From NCBI GenBank assembly GCA_017999435.1, contig JAGNLV010000001.1, positions 794,993 through 858,992 of the forward strand: a stretch of 64,000 nucleotides of DNA, given 5' to 3'. Under the pieces are notes generated by a model. The model searched no databases and was not told the DNA's origin. It saw only the letters and a list, made by a program, of their open reading frames with translations. Shown one piece after another: positions 63,896 through 64,000 of this stretch (positions are counted from its first letter, which is position 1; each line of letters opens with the position of its first letter). The DNA is from Candidatus Zixiibacteriota bacterium (GTDB lineage Bacteria > Zixibacteria > MSB-5A5 > GN15 > FEB-12). The position numbers and the translations under genes were made by a program.

Positions 63896-64000
63896 TCACC
63901 TGGCCAGGTAGGATGCCAGCTTGTCGCGGAACTCGGACTTCTTGATGTCTTTCTCCAGTCCCCCGTTATAGGCGATCGAGATGCCGGTGGTTTCCTCGGA
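63896..64000 (-). CDS. C-terminal fragment of an unidentified gene (continues off the window edge)
   Basis: The open reverse frame ends ...SEETTGISIAYNGGLEKDIKKSEFRDKLASYLAR* with TGA at 63896-63898. Confidence 0.3.
   Translation of the reverse strand, partial: SEETTGISIAYNGGLEKDIKKSEFRDKLASYLAR

Overview
This is a high-GC (~70%) bacterial chromosomal segment, densely coded and mostly on the minus strand. There are no rRNA or tRNA genes, no CRISPR array, and no transposase, integrase or phage genes. Long antisense ORFs in the six-frame track are GC artefacts. Where a track ORF carried an N-terminal extension, I trimmed the start to the internal Met that matches the family N-terminus. Strand is given with each gene: (-) minus, (+) plus.

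Housekeeping genes that I recognise with confidence: glmU (N-terminal fragment, -), panD (-), panC (-), a pdxT-lipA-ispH operon (-), tex (+), mtaB (+), pyrG-kdsB (-), ruvX-mltG (-), lepA (-) and an ETF:quinone oxidoreductase (-). Other recognisable genes are a PpiD-like PPIase (+), a Kef/RCK antiporter (+), NUDIX (-), DinB-like (+), NmrA (-), an O-methyltransferase (-), a Rieske protein (-), a CcmF-family protein (-) and a DRG/Obg-type GTPase (-).

The rest is envelope and secretome. Three proteins end in near-identical T9SS type-A C-terminal sorting domains: a secreted class-II glutamine amidotransferase-like Ntn hydrolase, a 1038-aa VWA protein, and a protein with three FN3-like repeats. A DNRLRE/SdrD-B lipoprotein sits between them. 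Other envelope loci are a flotillin-NfeD operon with an unknown third gene, a LemA-TPM-TPM operon, a serpin lipoprotein, and a surface-polysaccharide locus. That locus has two DegT aminotransferases, a hexapeptide acetyltransferase, a GT4, a MurJ/MOP flippase, Wzz-like and Wza-like proteins, and two GT-C-like membrane proteins.

The most unusual items, in my reading:
- A three-gene module built around an NtrC-family protein whose catalytic and sigma-54-contact motifs look degenerate, preceded by a divergent kinase-like protein and followed by a GAF-like protein.
- A P-loop kinase followed by tandem paralogous small proteins, one acidic and one basic.
- A strong intrinsic terminator about 360 nt past the FN3 gene, which implies an sRNA or structured 3' element.
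- An orphan CcmF-like protein with a long C-terminal extension.

All functional calls rest on motif recognition by eye. None were checked against databases.
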